DNA from: Eledone cirrhosa
Lineage: Eukaryota
Direction of reading: 5' to 3'
Length of the DNA: 64,000 nt
Assembly (NCBI GenBank): GCA_964016885.1
Contig: OZ024742.1
Span: 147,312,001 to 147,376,000, forward strand
The notes beneath the pieces were generated by a model. That model was not told the origin of the DNA. It was given only the letters and a program-made list of their open reading frames with translations, and did not search any database. This document shows positions 61,733-64,000 of this stretch, one piece after another (the first letter of the stretch is position 1; each line of letters starts with the position of its first letter). The translations under genes were made by a program, and so were the position numbers.

Positions 61733-61818
61733 GGTTCATCCTTATTATTTCTAGCAAAGAACGGATTGGTTTTATTTGCTGTCTTCTATACATTGGGAAA
61801 CGTTCTCTCTCTTTCAAG
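61733..61818 (+). CDS. SFT2D1: SFT2-family exon 3 (GSSLLFLAKNGLVLFAVFYTLGNVLSLS..)
   Basis: T-rich tract plus CCAACTAG| acceptor, 86 nt, phase-2 donor AG|GTTTGT. Contains the conserved LFAVFYTLGN motif. Later exons are not seen in the window. Confidence 0.95.
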
Positions 61819-61924
61819 GTTTGTTATCAATTTTCAAAATATGCTTATTAAGTTGAATTAAATAAGAAATTTCAAACTAAACTATGTATTTTTTTTAATG
61901 TGGAAGTCACCTTCTTTTTCTTCT

Positions 61925-62190
61925 TTTTCTCCTCCTCCTCCTGGAATGTCATGGGGGTAGAGTCTTCAAACACTCTTTCCAGCAAGTCCTTCCAGAAGTA
62001 TCTGTCTCCATTTGATCTGGATGGATCCCCAAGTGAGACCAACTGAGCTTATGAATATTATCCAACCATCTTGCTCAATGTCTTCCCCTGGGTCTCCTGC
62101 CAGTTGGTTTTGGCTGTAAAATTTGTCTTGCAATTCTTTCCTGAGACATTCTAATCACATGCCTGTAGTATCGGAGCTGTGATCTCTCAA
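61925..62190 (-). mobile_element. RTE 3' fragment
   Basis: Homologous to 22930-23170. Confidence 0.8.
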
Positions 62191-62829
62191 TTGATTAATA
62201 TTTTGTGAGGACATTATAGTTGGATGGATGCTGCATGGCTGAGTGGTTAAGGAGTTTGCTTTACAATCATGTGATTCTAGGGTCAGTCCAATTGTGCGGC
62301 ATCTTTTATCATGGGTTCGGTTTGACCCAAGCCATGTGAATGAAGTTGGGTAAATGGAAATTATTTGGAAGACTATCAATTGAACTGTATCTGTAATTCA
62401 AAGGGTCAGCCTTGACATAGTGTGTCATGCTGAATCTTCTTGGAAATGGTACACATGTCAGTGGAATATTCAGTTATACATTTAACAACTGAAACACTCA
62501 TCATTAAATCCAATGGAGTTCGATTTACTTTTTAACGACTAATAATAATATATTGTCAGTGAGTTGAGTCAATAATATAGATGTGGTTATAAATTGAACT
62601 ATTCACTTCATATATATGTCGCATTGATGATTGACAGGAGGATAGCTTTTGGAATACATTTTTTTTATGTTGAAGGCAATCTTAAAGGGTTACTCAATGA
62701 CCCACTAAAACAGACACAAACATAGGTGAGTGGTTAAGAAGTTCATCTTGCTATCATGAGAACTTGGTTTCAGTCCACTGTGTGGTATCTCAGGCTGGTT
62801 TATGATACTAAGCTGTTAGTGCTGACAAC

Positions 62830-63240
62830 AGCTGTGATATGGATGGAGGTCAGCATCTGTTGGCTGGAGGTGATTGGTGGACATCATCTGTTAGCTGTAG
62901 CACAGCTGGGGGTCAACATATGTTGGCTGAAGGTGATTGGTTGACATCTATTGGTTGTGACGCAACTGAAGGTGTTTGGGGGACAGCATGTATTGGCTAG
63001 AGGTCATTGATGGACAACACTTGTTGGCCAGAGGTGATTGGGGACAGCATTTATTGGCTGGAGGTCATTGGTGAACAACACTTGTTGGCTGGAGGTCATT
63101 GGTGAACAATATCTGTTGGCTGAGAGACATCTGGAGGACATTTATTGGTGATGGGTGGACATCTGTTGGCAGGAGGTCATTGGTGGACAACATTTGTTGG
63201 TTGAAGGTAATTGGTGGAGAATATTTGATGATGGTTGATG
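62830..63240. repeat. Degenerate ~31-32-bp tandem repeat (GTTGGCTGGAGGTCATTGGTGGACAACATCT)
   Basis: About 12 visible units. Confidence 0.85.
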
Positions 63241-63931
63241 AGATATATAATGTTTGAAGGGAGGGAGAAACAGAACATGACATATCTGGAACAATGTGTT
63301 GAGTGTTGTTATCATGTCTCTACAATAGAAAATACCTTCATTTCACTTTCATTCTAGTTCTCTCACCCTCTCGCTTTCATTCCATTTCTCTCTCTATCTC
63401 TCTTTCTCTCTCTTACAACAAACAATGAATCACTATAAAGAACACTGTCTATAATTAAGCTTCTCACATTTTCTAACATTCATATCATTGAAATTTACAT
63501 AATGAAACATTATATACATGTATGTATGTGTGTGTGTTTATTGGTGTAGTGTGTCGTTAGAATGCTTTGTGGAATTTGTTTTAGCTTTCTGTGCTCTCTG
63601 AGTTCAAATTCCACCAAGTTCAACTTTGCCTTTCATCCTTTCAAGGAAAATTTAAAAAAAGTACTAGTACAGTACCATGGGTCAAATCTTCTTCTTTACC
63701 TCTTTCTCTCTACCTCTGTCTCACTTTCCCTGGAAGAAATTGGCTGTATTCAGACTATTAGTTGGATATATCTCTCTTTACTTTTTACCTTTAAGGAAAC
63801 ATTCACAACTTACCAATATTCTCCTGTTGGCAATCTTTGGTATCATCTTATGTCACGACAAGATCTCTACAACTACAACAGGAGTTACCGGTCCATATAT
63901 ATACATGTGTGTGTGTGTATGTGTGTATATA

Positions 63932-64000
63932 TAAGGTGTCCCAAAAATATGTGTACACACTTCAACAGCATTCTAATAAAAGTGTGTATACATTTTGGGG
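63932..64000. mobile_element. Tiny Tc1/mariner-type MITE running off the window edge
   Basis: TA-AGGTGTCCCAAAA.ATGTGTACACACTT ... AAGTGTGTATACATTTTGGGG inverted arms beside (TA)n. Confidence 0.6.

Noticed and set aside
61575-61817. 80-aa minus-strand ORF
   Set aside because: It is antisense to SFT2 exon 3 and its acceptor tract.

Overview
AT-rich, repeat-dense animal genomic DNA. The SINE and RTE families and the (TA)n/(CA)n/(ATG)n microsatellites suggest an octopod cephalopod (inference). The only host gene I can support is a SFT2/Got1-family vesicle transport gene (SFT2D1/2-like) on the + strand. It is missing from the ORF track because its exons are tiny: exon 1 16145-16210, exon 2 58757-58843, exon 3 61733-61818, with a 42.5-kb first intron; the rest lies beyond the window. 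Everything else is transposon-derived or tandem repeat: RTE, CRE, CR1-like and Penelope-like retroelements, tRNA-derived SINEs, two Helitrons, a mariner relic, piggyBac-, hAT- and Tc1-type MITEs, and two large G/T-rich minisatellites (22-bp unit, ~6.9 kb; 32-bp unit, ~8.2 kb) with higher-order duplications. I see no new protein-coding system. The best leads are RNA/DNA structures: (1) a repeated GNRA-hairpin plus pseudoknot module with compensatory substitutions, shared by the RTE 3' UTR and its partner SINE; (2) a minimal type I hammerhead ribozyme about 300 bp upstream of the SFT2 ATG; (3) a CpG-rich cloverleaf palindrome at a Helitron end; (4) a near-perfect head-to-head SINE hairpin in intron 1; (5) a CpG-decay contrast among five copies of one MITE. 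All calls were made by eye, and boundaries of degenerate elements are approximate.
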